Shown: piece after piece, positions 54,167-63,474 of the stretch
Layout of the letters: every line of letters begins with the position of its first letter
Numbering within the stretch: the stretch's first letter is position 1
Assembly: GCA_964574915.1 (NCBI GenBank)
Contig: CAZNOW010000002.1
Span: 32,328 to 96,327, forward strand
Length of the DNA: 64,000 nucleotides
Direction: 5' to 3'
From: an uncultured Candidatus Saccharibacteria bacterium
GTDB taxonomy: Bacteria > Patescibacteriota > Saccharimonadia > Saccharimonadales > UBA4665
Notes under the pieces: model-generated
What the model was told of the DNA's origin: nothing
What the model saw: only the letters and a program-made list of their open reading frames with translations
Database searches by the model: none
Made by a program: the position numbers and the translations under genes

Positions 54167-56365
54167 ATGGCAGTTAAAAATAAAAGACGTCCTAAGAAAA
54201 AACTAACGGTTTTAAACGATAACGAAGAAAAATCACCGTTTAAGGCGTTAGCTGTCGGTACATTACTGTGTTTGCTGGCTATATTTTTGCTGCTCGGCGG
54301 CTTTAACAGCGGCGGACCTTTACCGGTTAATTTATTTCATGCTGGCTATGTTGTTTTTGGTTGGGCCGCTTATTTAGTCCCGGTAGCCTTAGTCTATTGG
54401 GGAGTGGTGTTATTCGTCAGCGAAGAACATAACCTTTCATTGTCTAAATTTGCCGGTATGGCCTGTATTTTAATTTTTTCGGCCAGCCTGCTATATGTTG
54501 GGTTTGTAACAAAACTAATTAGTGGTATCTGGCAGGGGGGTCATGGCGGGGTCATCGGCAAAATTTTAGGTACCGGCACCTTAAGTGTTCTGGATAAACT
54601 GCCGGCGACCTTTTTATTTCTAGTACTAACTATCCTGGCCATATTTTTTGCTTTCGGTATCACGCCGAAAGTACTGGCGCGTTTCTTTAGATTGTTTATC
54701 CATCAAAAAAATGAAGAAGATGAAGCTAATGATTTGGCTGCCTTAAAAGCCAAAGCTGACGGCTTTAAGCTAAATGAAGGTGTGCCGATTGTCCATCACG
54801 ATGCCCAACATATGGCCGAGTTAAGAAACGCCACGCAGAAATTAGTGCCGGCTACCCAACAGGGAGCCCTTACAACCACTGGCGATCCGGACTGGCAATT
54901 TCCGAGTATCAGTTTGCTCGATCAAAAACAAGATAAAGCCGACGCCGGCAATATTAATACCAATGCCGCAATCATTCGGGATACCTTAGCCAATTTCAAT
55001 ATTGAAGTCGAAATGGAAGGGGCCAATGTCGGGCCCCGGCTGACTCAGTACACCTTAAAACCGCCAGCCGGCATCAAACTAGGTCGGATCACTGCGCTGG
55101 ATAATAATTTAGCACTAGATTTGGCGGCTCATTCCATTCGGATTGAGGCTCCGATTCCCGGCAAACGGGCGGTTGGTATCGAAGTGCCTAATTTAAAGGC
55201 CGCTACCGTTCGCTTAAGTTCCATTTTTGCTTCTCATGAGTGGCAGTACCTAACCAGTCCGCTGGGTTTTGCGATCGGTAAAGACATATCCGGCGCACCA
55301 ATTGTGGCTGATCTGGATACTATGCCGCATCTCATGATCGCCGGGCAAACCGGCGCCGGCAAGTCAGTTATGATCAATGCCGTATTAACTAGTTTGTTAT
55401 TTAGAAATTCGCCGTCTGATTTAAAGCTGATTCTAGTTGACCCGAAGCAAGTCGAACTCAAGCCTTATGATGATATTCCGCACCTACTGGCCCCGGTCAT
55501 TACCGAACCGGAAAAGTGCATCAGCGCCTTAAAGTGGGCGACTGTTGAAATGGAGCGTCGTTACCGGGCCTTATCGGAGGTCGGGAAACGCAATATTAGA
55601 GAATACAACGCCCTCAAAAGAGAAGAAGGTATGCCTTATATCGTTATTGTCATCGATGAGCTGGCAGAGTTAATGATGCTGGCCGCCCGCGATGTTGAAG
55701 CGCTGGTCGTCCGGATTGCTCAAAAAGCCCGAGCTGTGGGTATCCATTTAGTAATTGCCACCCAACGACCGAGTGTTGACGTGATTACCGGACTAATCAA
55801 GGCCAATTTCCCGGCCCGTATTGCCTTTACTACAGCTTCACAAGTTGATTCTCGGACGATTATCGATCAAGTCGGCGCTGAAAAACTGCTTGGCCAAGGC
55901 GATATGTTACTGCTCACTGCTGAAATGGCTAAACCAAAGCGTGTCCAAGGCGCTTTTATTGGTGAAGAAGAAACTACCAGAGTGACCGATTTCATCCGCG
56001 CCCAGCGTCCGCCGCAGTATAACGATGAAGTGGTCAGTCAGCAGGTCACCCTCAATGGCCGGGGTAGTGTCGTGACCGATTATGGTACTTATGACGCTGA
56101 TGATGACATGTTTAAAGATGCTGTCCGCTGTGTGATTGAAGGACGAAAAGCCAGTACTAGCTTATTGCAAAGGCGCCTGCGGATCGGCTATGGTCGGGCC
56201 GCTCGTTTAATTGAAGCCATGGAAGAGCAGGGAATAGTTGGACCGGCCGACGGCTCGCGTCCCCGAGAAGTATTAGTCGGAAGCATGGATGCCGTATTTG
56301 GTAGTAATGGTACTGCGTCAGAGTCGGATGACTCATCAAGTGACGACATCTATTCAGAGTTATAG
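54167..56365 (+). CDS. ftsK: DNA translocase FtsK
   Basis: N-terminal TM helices, motor domain (IAGQTGAGKSV, VIVIDELAEL) and gamma domain (TSLLQRRLRIGYGRAARLIE). Confidence 0.93.
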   Translation: MAVKNKRRPKKKLTVLNDNEEKSPFKALAVGTLLCLLAIFLLLGGFNSGGPLPVNLFHAGYVVFGWAAYLVPVALVYWGVVLFVSEEHNLSLSKFAGMACILIFSASLLYVGFVTKLISGIWQGGHGGVIGKILGTGTLSVLDKLPATFLFLVLTILAIFFAFGITPKVLARFFRLFIHQKNEEDEANDLAALKAKADGFKLNEGVPIVHHDAQHMAELRNATQKLVPATQQGALTTTGDPDWQFPSISLLDQKQDKADAGNINTNAAIIRDTLANFNIEVEMEGANVGPRLTQYTLKPPAGIKLGRITALDNNLALDLAAHSIRIEAPIPGKRAVGIEVPNLKAATVRLSSIFASHEWQYLTSPLGFAIGKDISGAPIVADLDTMPHLMIAGQTGAGKSVMINAVLTSLLFRNSPSDLKLILVDPKQVELKPYDDIPHLLAPVITEPEKCISALKWATVEMERRYRALSEVGKRNIREYNALKREEGMPYIVIVIDELAELMMLAARDVEALVVRIAQKARAVGIHLVIATQRPSVDVITGLIKANFPARIAFTTASQVDSRTIIDQVGAEKLLGQGDMLLLTAEMAKPKRVQGAFIGEEETTRVTDFIRAQRPPQYNDEVVSQQVTLNGRGSVVTDYGTYDADDDMFKDAVRCVIEGRKASTSLLQRRLRIGYGRAARLIEAMEEQGIVGPADGSRPREVLVGSMDAVFGSNGTASESDDSSSDDIYSEL

Positions 56366-56550
56366 CTCCGTTGTTCATAATACAAAACAATTTTCTTGAG
56401 AGTTTGACGAAACTTGCTTATGCTATGTGTATAAAATAAGTCCCAAAAAACGAGCAGGTGACGGAGACAAACCATAAACATTGGCAAATAGATAAATGGG
56501 CTGGCTACTGCTTAGTAATTAAAGTCGATCAACCAGCAAAGGCGAGCAAT

Positions 56551-56582
56551 AAACTTCTATCTAAATTTGATAGAAGTTTTTT
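56551..56582 (+). terminator. rho-independent terminator-like hairpin
   Basis: AAACTTCTATC-taaattt-GATAGAAGTTT forms an 11-bp stem. It runs into a T tract ending at 56582. Confidence 0.65.
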
Positions 56583-56595
56583 AATTATTAAAGAT

Positions 56596-56619
56596 ATCGA
56601 GTCTAGAACATGACTCGAT
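56596..56619 (+). promoter_or_regulatory. hairpin enclosing the start codon of 56610..57383
   Basis: ATCGAGTC (56596..56603) pairs perfectly with GACTCGAT (56612..56619). The ATG at 56610..56612 sits at the loop/stem junction, and no Shine-Dalgarno sequence is visible. Confidence 0.45.
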
Positions 56620-57383
56620 CAACTGAACATTTAATGCCGACGCCAGTTGACGATTTATATGGTATTCCACTCCCATTGCATCCTGAGTCAACTTGGCCAG
56701 CTAAAACACGCGTTGCAGTGACGAGTAAATCGCCCGAAGAAGACTGGCACCACGCTTTTCATCCCAGAGCAGATGTCGTTAATCTTGATCCGATTGCCGG
56801 GCTGGCCCTGAGAACCTGCCGACAACAATGGGGCGATTATAGGTTGCATCACAATCGATACCACCATTTTTTTCGTGGTCCGGACCTACCGAGTAATATG
56901 CAACCAGAAGATATTTTTACCAGGGTAGTGTGGGCGACGATCGGCGTAATTCCAGACCAAGCAATTAATTTTGATCCCGACGGTTATCCTGAATTGTTAC
57001 CGCTAACTCCAAATCAGCGAACCATGATGCTAAAATGCGGGAAAATTTGTGTCGAACGTACCAAACCAGTCAGAGTTTTTTTACTAGCCTATGCCGCCTT
57101 ACATGGCCAGCCTGCCGTTACTGATGTGGATATTGGTAAATTCCTGGACACCAAAGATAGGGCAACTAAAGATGCGCTTTGTTCTAAATTAATTGAATTA
57201 GCTTGTCAGGCCGCCACTCAACCGCTTCGAGAAAAATATGAACTTGCCGAAAAACGACGGCTAGTACCGCGTCGGCAGCAAGATATCGGTAGTGTAGTCT
57301 GTGGCACGTTAATCCCGCACGATTTTTCGGTAGTGAATTACTATAGTGAGCCACTCTTGGAAGAACTGTTTACGGTCTCTTGA
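56610..57383 (+). CDS. hypothetical protein with a His-rich motif
   Basis: 257 aa. DWHHAFHPRADVVNL...LHHNRYHHFF is loosely reminiscent of a His-Me/HNH finger but cannot be assigned. Confidence 0.45.
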   Translation: MTRSTEHLMPTPVDDLYGIPLPLHPESTWPAKTRVAVTSKSPEEDWHHAFHPRADVVNLDPIAGLALRTCRQQWGDYRLHHNRYHHFFRGPDLPSNMQPEDIFTRVVWATIGVIPDQAINFDPDGYPELLPLTPNQRTMMLKCGKICVERTKPVRVFLLAYAALHGQPAVTDVDIGKFLDTKDRATKDALCSKLIELACQAATQPLREKYELAEKRRLVPRRQQDIGSVVCGTLIPHDFSVVNYYSEPLLEELFTVS

Positions 57384-57470
57384 TTAACAGAGGTAAATAA
57401 GTTACAATGAGCCCATATTAACTCAGCTGGTGACTATCAGGTACGCCGGCATTAACCAAAGGAGATTATC

Positions 57471-57860
57471 TTGAATCAATACGAAATTGCCGTGTTGTAT
57501 CATCCTGATCTGGAGATCGATCTGGAGAAGGCTAGTAAACGCGTCGAAAAATTATTTAGCGACAACGGCGGTAAAGTTACCAACGTCGATAATTGGGGCA
57601 AGCGAAAATTAGCTTATCCTATTAAAGGCAATGAACACGCTATCTATCTTTTCTATAGTGTCGAATTTCCATCAACTAACCTACAAAAAGTTGAGAACAC
57701 TTTAAATATCACCGATGAGGTCATTCGCTTTTTAATTACAAAGCCGGATCTGAAGGCGATTGCTAAAGCTGACGCCGAAAAAGCTAAGCTGCTAGCCAAA
57801 CATGCTGAGGCCGAAGAAGAGGATGTTAGTGATAATGAAGAAGATAGCGATGAGCAGTAA
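57471..57860 (+). CDS. rpsF: 30S ribosomal protein S6 (TTG start) with an acidic tail
   Basis: NQYEIAVLYHPDLE ... NWGKRKLAYPI. Operon order rpsF-ssb-rpsR. Confidence 0.9.
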   Translation: MNQYEIAVLYHPDLEIDLEKASKRVEKLFSDNGGKVTNVDNWGKRKLAYPIKGNEHAIYLFYSVEFPSTNLQKVENTLNITDEVIRFLITKPDLKAIAKADAEKAKLLAKHAEAEEEDVSDNEEDSDEQ

Positions 57861-57898
57861 GCAAGCGTACAATCGATTAAGAATGGAGGAGAGAGACA

Positions 57899-58348
57899 GT
57901 GGCAAAAGGATTTAATAAAGTTATCCTGATGGGTAATCTGACGCGTGATCCAGAAACACGCACCACACCAAACGGTCAGAATGTAACTAGTTTTACGTTG
58001 GCCGTCAATCGTACTTGGCGCGGCCAAGACGGTACATCTCAAGAGAGTGTTAGCTATATTGATTGTGTAGCTTGGGGTAAAGCGGGCGATGTGATTGCCC
58101 AGTACCTTCAGAAAGGCCGGGCCTTCTTAGTTAGTGGCCATTTAGACCAGAGAAGCTGGGAAGATAAGGAAAGCGGTCAAAAGCGCTCAAAAATCGAAGT
58201 TATTGTCGAAGATTTTAACTTTGTCGATAGCCGGGGAGCGGCACCGACAACGACAACCGATCAACCTAAGCCGACCAAATCAGACACCGATGTGGTGATT
58301 GAAGATATTGGTGATGAGCCGATTAATCTGGACGACATACCTTTTTAA
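57899..58348 (+). CDS. ssb: single-stranded DNA-binding protein (GTG start)
   Basis: FNKVILMGNLTRDPE OB fold and C-terminal DDIPF tip. Confidence 0.92.
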   Translation: MAKGFNKVILMGNLTRDPETRTTPNGQNVTSFTLAVNRTWRGQDGTSQESVSYIDCVAWGKAGDVIAQYLQKGRAFLVSGHLDQRSWEDKESGQKRSKIEVIVEDFNFVDSRGAAPTTTTDQPKPTKSDTDVVIEDIGDEPINLDDIPF

Positions 58349-58385
58349 TTGATCTAGGGACAGAAAGAAAGGAGTTAATTTAACT

Positions 58386-58589
58386 ATGGCGAAAATTTTT
58401 AAACCTAAAACCGATGTTGCTTTTTTTGACTACAAAGACTTTAAGACTTTACAGCGCTACATTGATACTTACGGACAAATTGAGGCTCGCAAAAAAACCG
58501 GCCTGAACGAAAGTCAGCAGCGCCACTTAGCGCGGGCCATTAAACGCGCCCGGCATATCGGGCTGTTACCGTTTGTAACTAGTAATTAG
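58386..58589 (+). CDS. rpsR: 30S ribosomal protein S18
   Basis: 67 aa. DYKDFKTLQRYI ... QQRHLARAIKRARHIGLLPF. Confidence 0.9.
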   Translation: MAKIFKPKTDVAFFDYKDFKTLQRYIDTYGQIEARKKTGLNESQQRHLARAIKRARHIGLLPFVTSN

Positions 58590-58674
58590 AAGACTTTAGA
58601 TACTAATATTTTCAGTAAACGGATGTATTGGAGTAGATAATTATTATTTTTACGCCCCAATTTAGGTAATTTAC

Positions 58675-59007
58675 ATGACCCAATCATCACCTTATCTAAT
58701 GGCTAAAAGCCTTGAACAAACTATCACCAGTATCTTAGCTGGGATTGATGTTTATAGTCTGGACCGGCCAGCAGCTAAGGGTGTTGGGACGATTAAAAAA
58801 CAATTAATTGAATCCCGGTTGCAAGTCCGCGATTACGAATTATCCGAAACCAGGGAAGAGCAGCTAAAGCATCAGAAAATTGCCCGAAAAAGACTAGAAG
58901 AAATCAGAAATAGTATATTAACTCTTAGTGAGTACAATATTTTTAACCCGGTTGACGTAGCTCAGCTATCGGCTCAAGTCGAAATGATAGCCGAACGATT
59001 AGAGTAA
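58675..59007 (+). CDS. hypothetical protein
   Basis: 110 aa helical ORF with no motif recognised. Confidence 0.45.
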   Translation: MTQSSPYLMAKSLEQTITSILAGIDVYSLDRPAAKGVGTIKKQLIESRLQVRDYELSETREEQLKHQKIARKRLEEIRNSILTLSEYNIFNPVDVAQLSAQVEMIAERLE

Positions 59008-59017
59008 GGAGAAGAAC

Positions 59018-59584
59018 ATGGCGTTAAGTATTACCGATCTTAAAAAAGGAACTATTTTTCAGCTTGAAGGCATCCCCTACCGAGTAGTGGAATATTCGCA
59101 AAAAGTCATGGGGCGGGGCGGTTCCATCGTCAATGTCCGTATTAAAAGTTTGCTCGACGGACGGGTACTGCCTAAAACATTCAAGGGCAATGAACAATTA
59201 GAAGCCGCCAACATTACCAATCAAAATGTTCAATATCTTTATAACGACGGAAAAATATTTTTCTTTATGAACCAAACCAGCTTTGAACAGTTTACCGTTC
59301 CGACCGAACTGATCGGCGATAGCGCCGGTTTTATTAAAGAAGGCGATATCGTTAATCTGCAGTTTTTTGCCGGTAATCCAATCAATGTGGATTTGCCCAA
59401 AAACGTGCCGTTATCAGTAGTCCATACCGAAGCGGCCGTGAAAGGCGATACCAGTACGGCCGTGACTAAAAATGCCACTCTGGAGACCGGAATAACCATT
59501 AAGGTGCCGGCTTTTATCAAAACCGGAGACGTTATATCAGTCGATACCACTACCAGTGCTTACCGTGAGCGGGTGAAGGGCTGA
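59018..59584 (+). CDS. efp: elongation factor P
   Basis: DLKKGTIFQLEGIPYRVVEYSQKVMGRGGSIV and a three-domain length of 188 aa. Confidence 0.92.
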   Translation: MALSITDLKKGTIFQLEGIPYRVVEYSQKVMGRGGSIVNVRIKSLLDGRVLPKTFKGNEQLEAANITNQNVQYLYNDGKIFFFMNQTSFEQFTVPTELIGDSAGFIKEGDIVNLQFFAGNPINVDLPKNVPLSVVHTEAAVKGDTSTAVTKNATLETGITIKVPAFIKTGDVISVDTTTSAYRERVKG

Positions 59585-59585
59585 T

Positions 59586-60059
59586 GTGCAAGTTGGCGAC
59601 CGTTTAATTTGTATCTTTATTGAGCCCGTTCAACCAGGTTTGCGTTTTGTCGAGTGGCCCCTGCATATAACCCTTATTCCGTGGTTTAGAGCTAAATTAT
59701 CCTCAGATGAACTAGCCGAAGCTATTAGGCAAAAACTGCAAGCGGTTAACTCCTTTACGTTGACCGTCTCTGAAGATGCGCATTTTGGCTACCGAGGCCA
59801 AAAAATAGTCAGTCTGATTCAACTTCCCAGCCCGCTAGAGGCTATTGCACTAAAACTGCGTCAAATATTAAAAACCCAAAAGGCCTGGTTGGTAGACGAA
59901 TCCACCAAAGCGGTTTTTAGTTTTCGACCTCATATTACAGTGCAAGGGAACAAACGCTTATCTAAGGGCGACAGTTTTATGTGTCATATGGTAGCGATCG
60001 TTGAACAAAAAGGTGATTATAAAGAAGTGGTAGCGGAAGTTGAGTTAAAAAATGGCTAG
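59586..60059 (+). CDS. 2H phosphoesterase superfamily protein (LigT-like)
   Basis: Two HxT motifs (HITLIPW and RPHITVQG) in a 157-aa protein. GTG start. Confidence 0.6.
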   Translation: MQVGDRLICIFIEPVQPGLRFVEWPLHITLIPWFRAKLSSDELAEAIRQKLQAVNSFTLTVSEDAHFGYRGQKIVSLIQLPSPLEAIALKLRQILKTQKAWLVDESTKAVFSFRPHITVQGNKRLSKGDSFMCHMVAIVEQKGDYKEVVAEVELKNG

Positions 60060-60768
60060 AATGCGATTAGCCCGCGTGATGATCTTACGCAGCTTAGTGA
60101 CGTCCAGGCGTCAGGCCGAAAGTTTAATTAAACTCGGTGCCGTTAAAATTAATAACCGGATTATCATCGATCCTAACAGTCTAGTAAACGATTCCGACCG
60201 CATTGAAATTGAAACTGCCGAGCGCTATGTGAGCCGAGCCGCTCTCAAACTAGCCAGTGTCGTTTCTAAAATGAAACTTGAATTTAGGGATAAGCGGGTC
60301 TTAGACGTCGGCAGTTCCACCGGCGGCTTTACTGATTACGCCCTGCAACACGGCGCCAAGTCAGTAGTGGCCATTGATGCCGGCACTAAACAGCTGCATA
60401 CCAAGCTCAGAAAACATCCCAAAGTCGAATTACACGAGAAAACTGACATCCGTGATTTTAAGACCAATCAGCAATTTGACATGATTTTAGTTGATGTATC
60501 GTTTATCTCACTGCGAAAAGTGCTACCACATATTGCGACGCTAGCTTCAGACGGTACAGATATCTTAGTTATGGTCAAACCGCAGTTTGAAACATACGGT
60601 TCAGTCCAAAAAAATATGGGCATTATTAAAAACGACCGCATCAGAAGAGAAATACTCAAAGAATTTGAAGCTTGGGCTAAAAGCCGCTTTGTAGTGCGGG
60701 CCAAAGCCGATTCGGAAATCCTTGGTTCAAAAGGCAACCGCGAGCGGTTTTATCTACTTTCAAAGTAA
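60052..60768 (+). CDS. tlyA: TlyA family rRNA (cytidine-2'-O)-methyltransferase
   Basis: S4-like N-terminus (SRRQAESLIKLGAVKINN) and an FtsJ-type SAM domain (VLDVGSSTGGFTD, VDVSFISL). Confidence 0.85.
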   Translation: MARMRLARVMILRSLVTSRRQAESLIKLGAVKINNRIIIDPNSLVNDSDRIEIETAERYVSRAALKLASVVSKMKLEFRDKRVLDVGSSTGGFTDYALQHGAKSVVAIDAGTKQLHTKLRKHPKVELHEKTDIRDFKTNQQFDMILVDVSFISLRKVLPHIATLASDGTDILVMVKPQFETYGSVQKNMGIIKNDRIRREILKEFEAWAKSRFVVRAKADSEILGSKGNRERFYLLSK

Positions 60769-60847
60769 AATAAATTTTTTGTTCGCTAAGGCTTAACCTG
60801 CCCAATAGAATCTTCGACAGTATCCTTCTTAATGCTAGACTAAGCAT

Positions 60848-61504
60848 ATGTACTTCGCGAGTCGAGCCCAAGCGGGACGTATGTTAGCTAATCGGATGCT
60901 GCCTAAGTACCGGTATGAAAACTGCGCCGTCGTAGCACTCGGTGACGGAGGGGTAGTGGTCGGCGCTCAAATCGCCATGGCCTTGCACTGCGTCCTGTCA
61001 CTGCTCTTAAGTGAAGATATAACCTTGCCGAGGGAGCTGGAAGCGGTAGAAGGTATCAGCCAGGACGGATCGATATCTTTTAATTCGACATATTCGCCGG
61101 GAGAGCTGGACGAATTAATCGGTGAATATTACCAATACATTGAACAAGAAAAATTAGAGAAACTTCAGGAATTACACCACTTACTGGGAAAAGGTAATAC
61201 CGTGGATAAGCGTCTCTTGGTAGGGCGAAATGTGATTTTAGTTTCCGACGGACTCAGTAGCGGTTTTGCTATTGACCTGGCAGCTGCTTTTTTAAAAACC
61301 ATTCCGATTGAAAAGATGATTGTTGCCACACCTTTAGCCAGCGTCCAAGCAGTCGATCGGCTGCATATCGCGGCTGATGAAATCTTTTGCTTAAGCGTCG
61401 TTGAAAGTTATATTTCGACCGATCATTACTACGATCAGCGGGATATTCCGCCGCACGACAAGATTATCCAAATTATCGAGCGCATTATTTTTAGCTGGAA
61501 GTAG
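60848..61504 (+). CDS. phosphoribosyltransferase-domain protein
   Basis: PRPP-loop-like VILVSDGLSSGFA. 218 aa. Confidence 0.6.
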   Translation: MYFASRAQAGRMLANRMLPKYRYENCAVVALGDGGVVVGAQIAMALHCVLSLLLSEDITLPRELEAVEGISQDGSISFNSTYSPGELDELIGEYYQYIEQEKLEKLQELHHLLGKGNTVDKRLLVGRNVILVSDGLSSGFAIDLAAAFLKTIPIEKMIVATPLASVQAVDRLHIAADEIFCLSVVESYISTDHYYDQRDIPPHDKIIQIIERIIFSWK

Positions 61505-62168
61505 GTTTAATCAGGCTAGACAAATAAGCTTGCAGGCTTTGGGTGTCTTTTAGAAGAAAATGCGACGATTCGTTAACAACTAATCCTTTATGCTCTAATA
61601 TCGAAAGTTCTCGGCTGGTTGTCTCGCGCGATGAGTTGATGGAACTGGCAATATCCTGATGTCTTAAAGGGACATCGATTAACAAGCCGGCGGACGTTTC
61701 GACGCCAAAGCGCTGCGACATCGTCAGTAGGAATGAAATAACCCGTTCCCGGACGGTCCGGTATTCTAAGTTGATGATATGTTCGCTGTGCAGCCGGTAC
61801 ATTTCGATCGTCATATCCATCAGCGGAGCCATTATTTCAGGGTTTTTTCGCATGAAAGCGATAAAGACTGGGCGATCGACCCGAAAAGTGGTAGTGGCGG
61901 CCAGGGTGCGGTAAATAATCTGTCTTTCCTGTCCGGTTATGGCCCAGATTAAGGGAAAGACCTCGTTCTTTTTACGAATAATCAGCAGGTTCTCTTCGCC
62001 ATAATGGGTGACGTTGTAAGCTTTGACCAGCCCTTCAGAAATATAAAAAACACCCGGCGGTAGCTCGCCGGGTTTGATAACAAAATCACCCTTCTGGTAG
62101 ATTTCTTGACGGCCTATTTTGCGGAAGAACTCTACCAGTATCGTTGTTTGCCTCACAGTCGCAAGCAT
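61491..62168 (-). CDS. Crp/Fnr family transcriptional regulator
   Basis: cNMP-binding beta-roll followed by a C-terminal HTH (HQDIASSINSSRETTSRELSILEHKGLV). Confidence 0.8.
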   Translation of the reverse strand: MLATVRQTTILVEFFRKIGRQEIYQKGDFVIKPGELPPGVFYISEGLVKAYNVTHYGEENLLIIRKKNEVFPLIWAITGQERQIIYRTLAATTTFRVDRPVFIAFMRKNPEIMAPLMDMTIEMYRLHSEHIINLEYRTVRERVISFLLTMSQRFGVETSAGLLIDVPLRHQDIASSINSSRETTSRELSILEHKGLVVNESSHFLLKDTQSLQAYLSSLIKPTSS

Positions 62169-62256
62169 AGTTTAACTATATCTGTAATTGTCATAGAGAA
62201 CAAGGCGTTAGCAGTATGAAACCTAGCTTATAACAGATGTTTAATGGGCAGAAATG

Positions 62257-63354
62257 CTACTTGCGAACATTAAACTTAAACTCGACGACGTCGTCTGGTT
62301 TCATGACATAATCCTTACCCTCAGTCCGGGCTTTTCCGGCTGAGCGGACAGCCGTTTCTGAGCCGGCGTCAATCAAATCCTGATAATTAATGATCTGAGC
62401 GGCAATGAAACCGCGTTCAAAATCACTATGAATGGTGCCAGCGGCTTGAGGAGCGGTGGCACCTTTAGCTATTGTCCAGGCTCTGACTTCTTTAGGTCCA
62501 GCCGTTAAAAAGCTTTGGAGACCCAAAACATCAAAGGCCGTATGAATCAACTGGACTAACCCGGACTCAGTAACGCCGTAACTGGCCAGTAGTTCCTGAG
62601 AATCGGACTCATCTAAATCTCTAAGCTCACTTTCCAATTTTGCGCAGATAAACAGTGCCTTGTTGGGAGCCACCAAATCAGACATTTGCTGCTTCTTATG
62701 ATCATCAGTTAAATCCTGCTCGTTGACATTAAACACGTAAATCACTGGCTTAAGAGTCAGTAGTTGCAGTTCTTTTTGCAACCATTCACTGGGTTTTGAC
62801 CATTCTTTGGAAGCCGAAAGCGGGATACCGCTATCGAGTGTTTTTTTAGCTTCTGATAATTCTTCAAATAATGGGCGCAGTTTGGGATCGGCTTTTACTT
62901 CTTTCTCCAAGCGGGGGAGTCGTCTATCGATAGTTTGTAAATCAGCCAAAATAAGCTCGGTATTGACCACGTCAATGTCTTTTTTAGGGTTAGGTTGATC
63001 GCCGACGTAAGTGACGTTGTTATCTTCGAAAGATCGCACTACCTGAACAATAGCGTTGGTTGTCCGGATATGACTTAAGAACTGATTACCTAAGCCTTCA
63101 CCTTGACTGGCTCCTTTGACCAGTCCGGCTATATCTACAAAGGTTACTGTCGCGGGGATAATCTTTTCTGTTTTATATATCTCGGCCAATCTTATAAGAC
63201 GACTATCCGGCACTGGCACAATACCGGTATTGGGATCGATGGTAGCAAAAGGATAATTAGCCACCAATACATGATTATTAGTTAGGGCATTAAACAAAGT
63301 TGACTTACCGACATTTGGCAGACCGACAATACCACATGAGACCGAGAGAGACAT
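62257..63354 (-). CDS. ychF: redox-regulated ribosome-binding ATPase YchF
   Basis: GIVGLPNVGKSTLFNALT, DIAGLVKGAS and a TGS-like C-terminus (EGKDYVMKPDDVVEFKFNV). Confidence 0.93.
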   Translation of the reverse strand: MSLSVSCGIVGLPNVGKSTLFNALTNNHVLVANYPFATIDPNTGIVPVPDSRLIRLAEIYKTEKIIPATVTFVDIAGLVKGASQGEGLGNQFLSHIRTTNAIVQVVRSFEDNNVTYVGDQPNPKKDIDVVNTELILADLQTIDRRLPRLEKEVKADPKLRPLFEELSEAKKTLDSGIPLSASKEWSKPSEWLQKELQLLTLKPVIYVFNVNEQDLTDDHKKQQMSDLVAPNKALFICAKLESELRDLDESDSQELLASYGVTESGLVQLIHTAFDVLGLQSFLTAGPKEVRAWTIAKGATAPQAAGTIHSDFERGFIAAQIINYQDLIDAGSETAVRSAGKARTEGKDYVMKPDDVVEFKFNVRK

Positions 63355-63398
63355 GCTTTAAATATAACAGATTGGAGTATAAACTTGTGAAAGAATAA

Positions 63399-63436
63399 AG
63401 CGTTAATATGAATAGCAAAAGCCTAATATTAACGCT
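63399..63436. promoter_or_regulatory. 11-bp inverted repeat with a third direct half-site, operator-like
   Basis: AGCGTTAATAT (63399..63409) and ATATTAACGCT (63426..63436). A third GCGTTAAT at 63451..63458 lies inside the spacer of the candidate Fic promoter. Confidence 0.5.
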
Positions 63437-63439
63437 ATA

Positions 63440-63468
63440 TTGCCAAAATAGCGTTAATTTGCTATACT
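63440..63468 (+). promoter_or_regulatory. candidate promoter of the Fic gene
   Basis: TTGCCA (63440..63445), 17 nt, TATACT (63463..63468). The -10 element ends 6 nt before the GTG at 63475. Confidence 0.45.
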
Positions 63469-63474
63469 ACAAAC

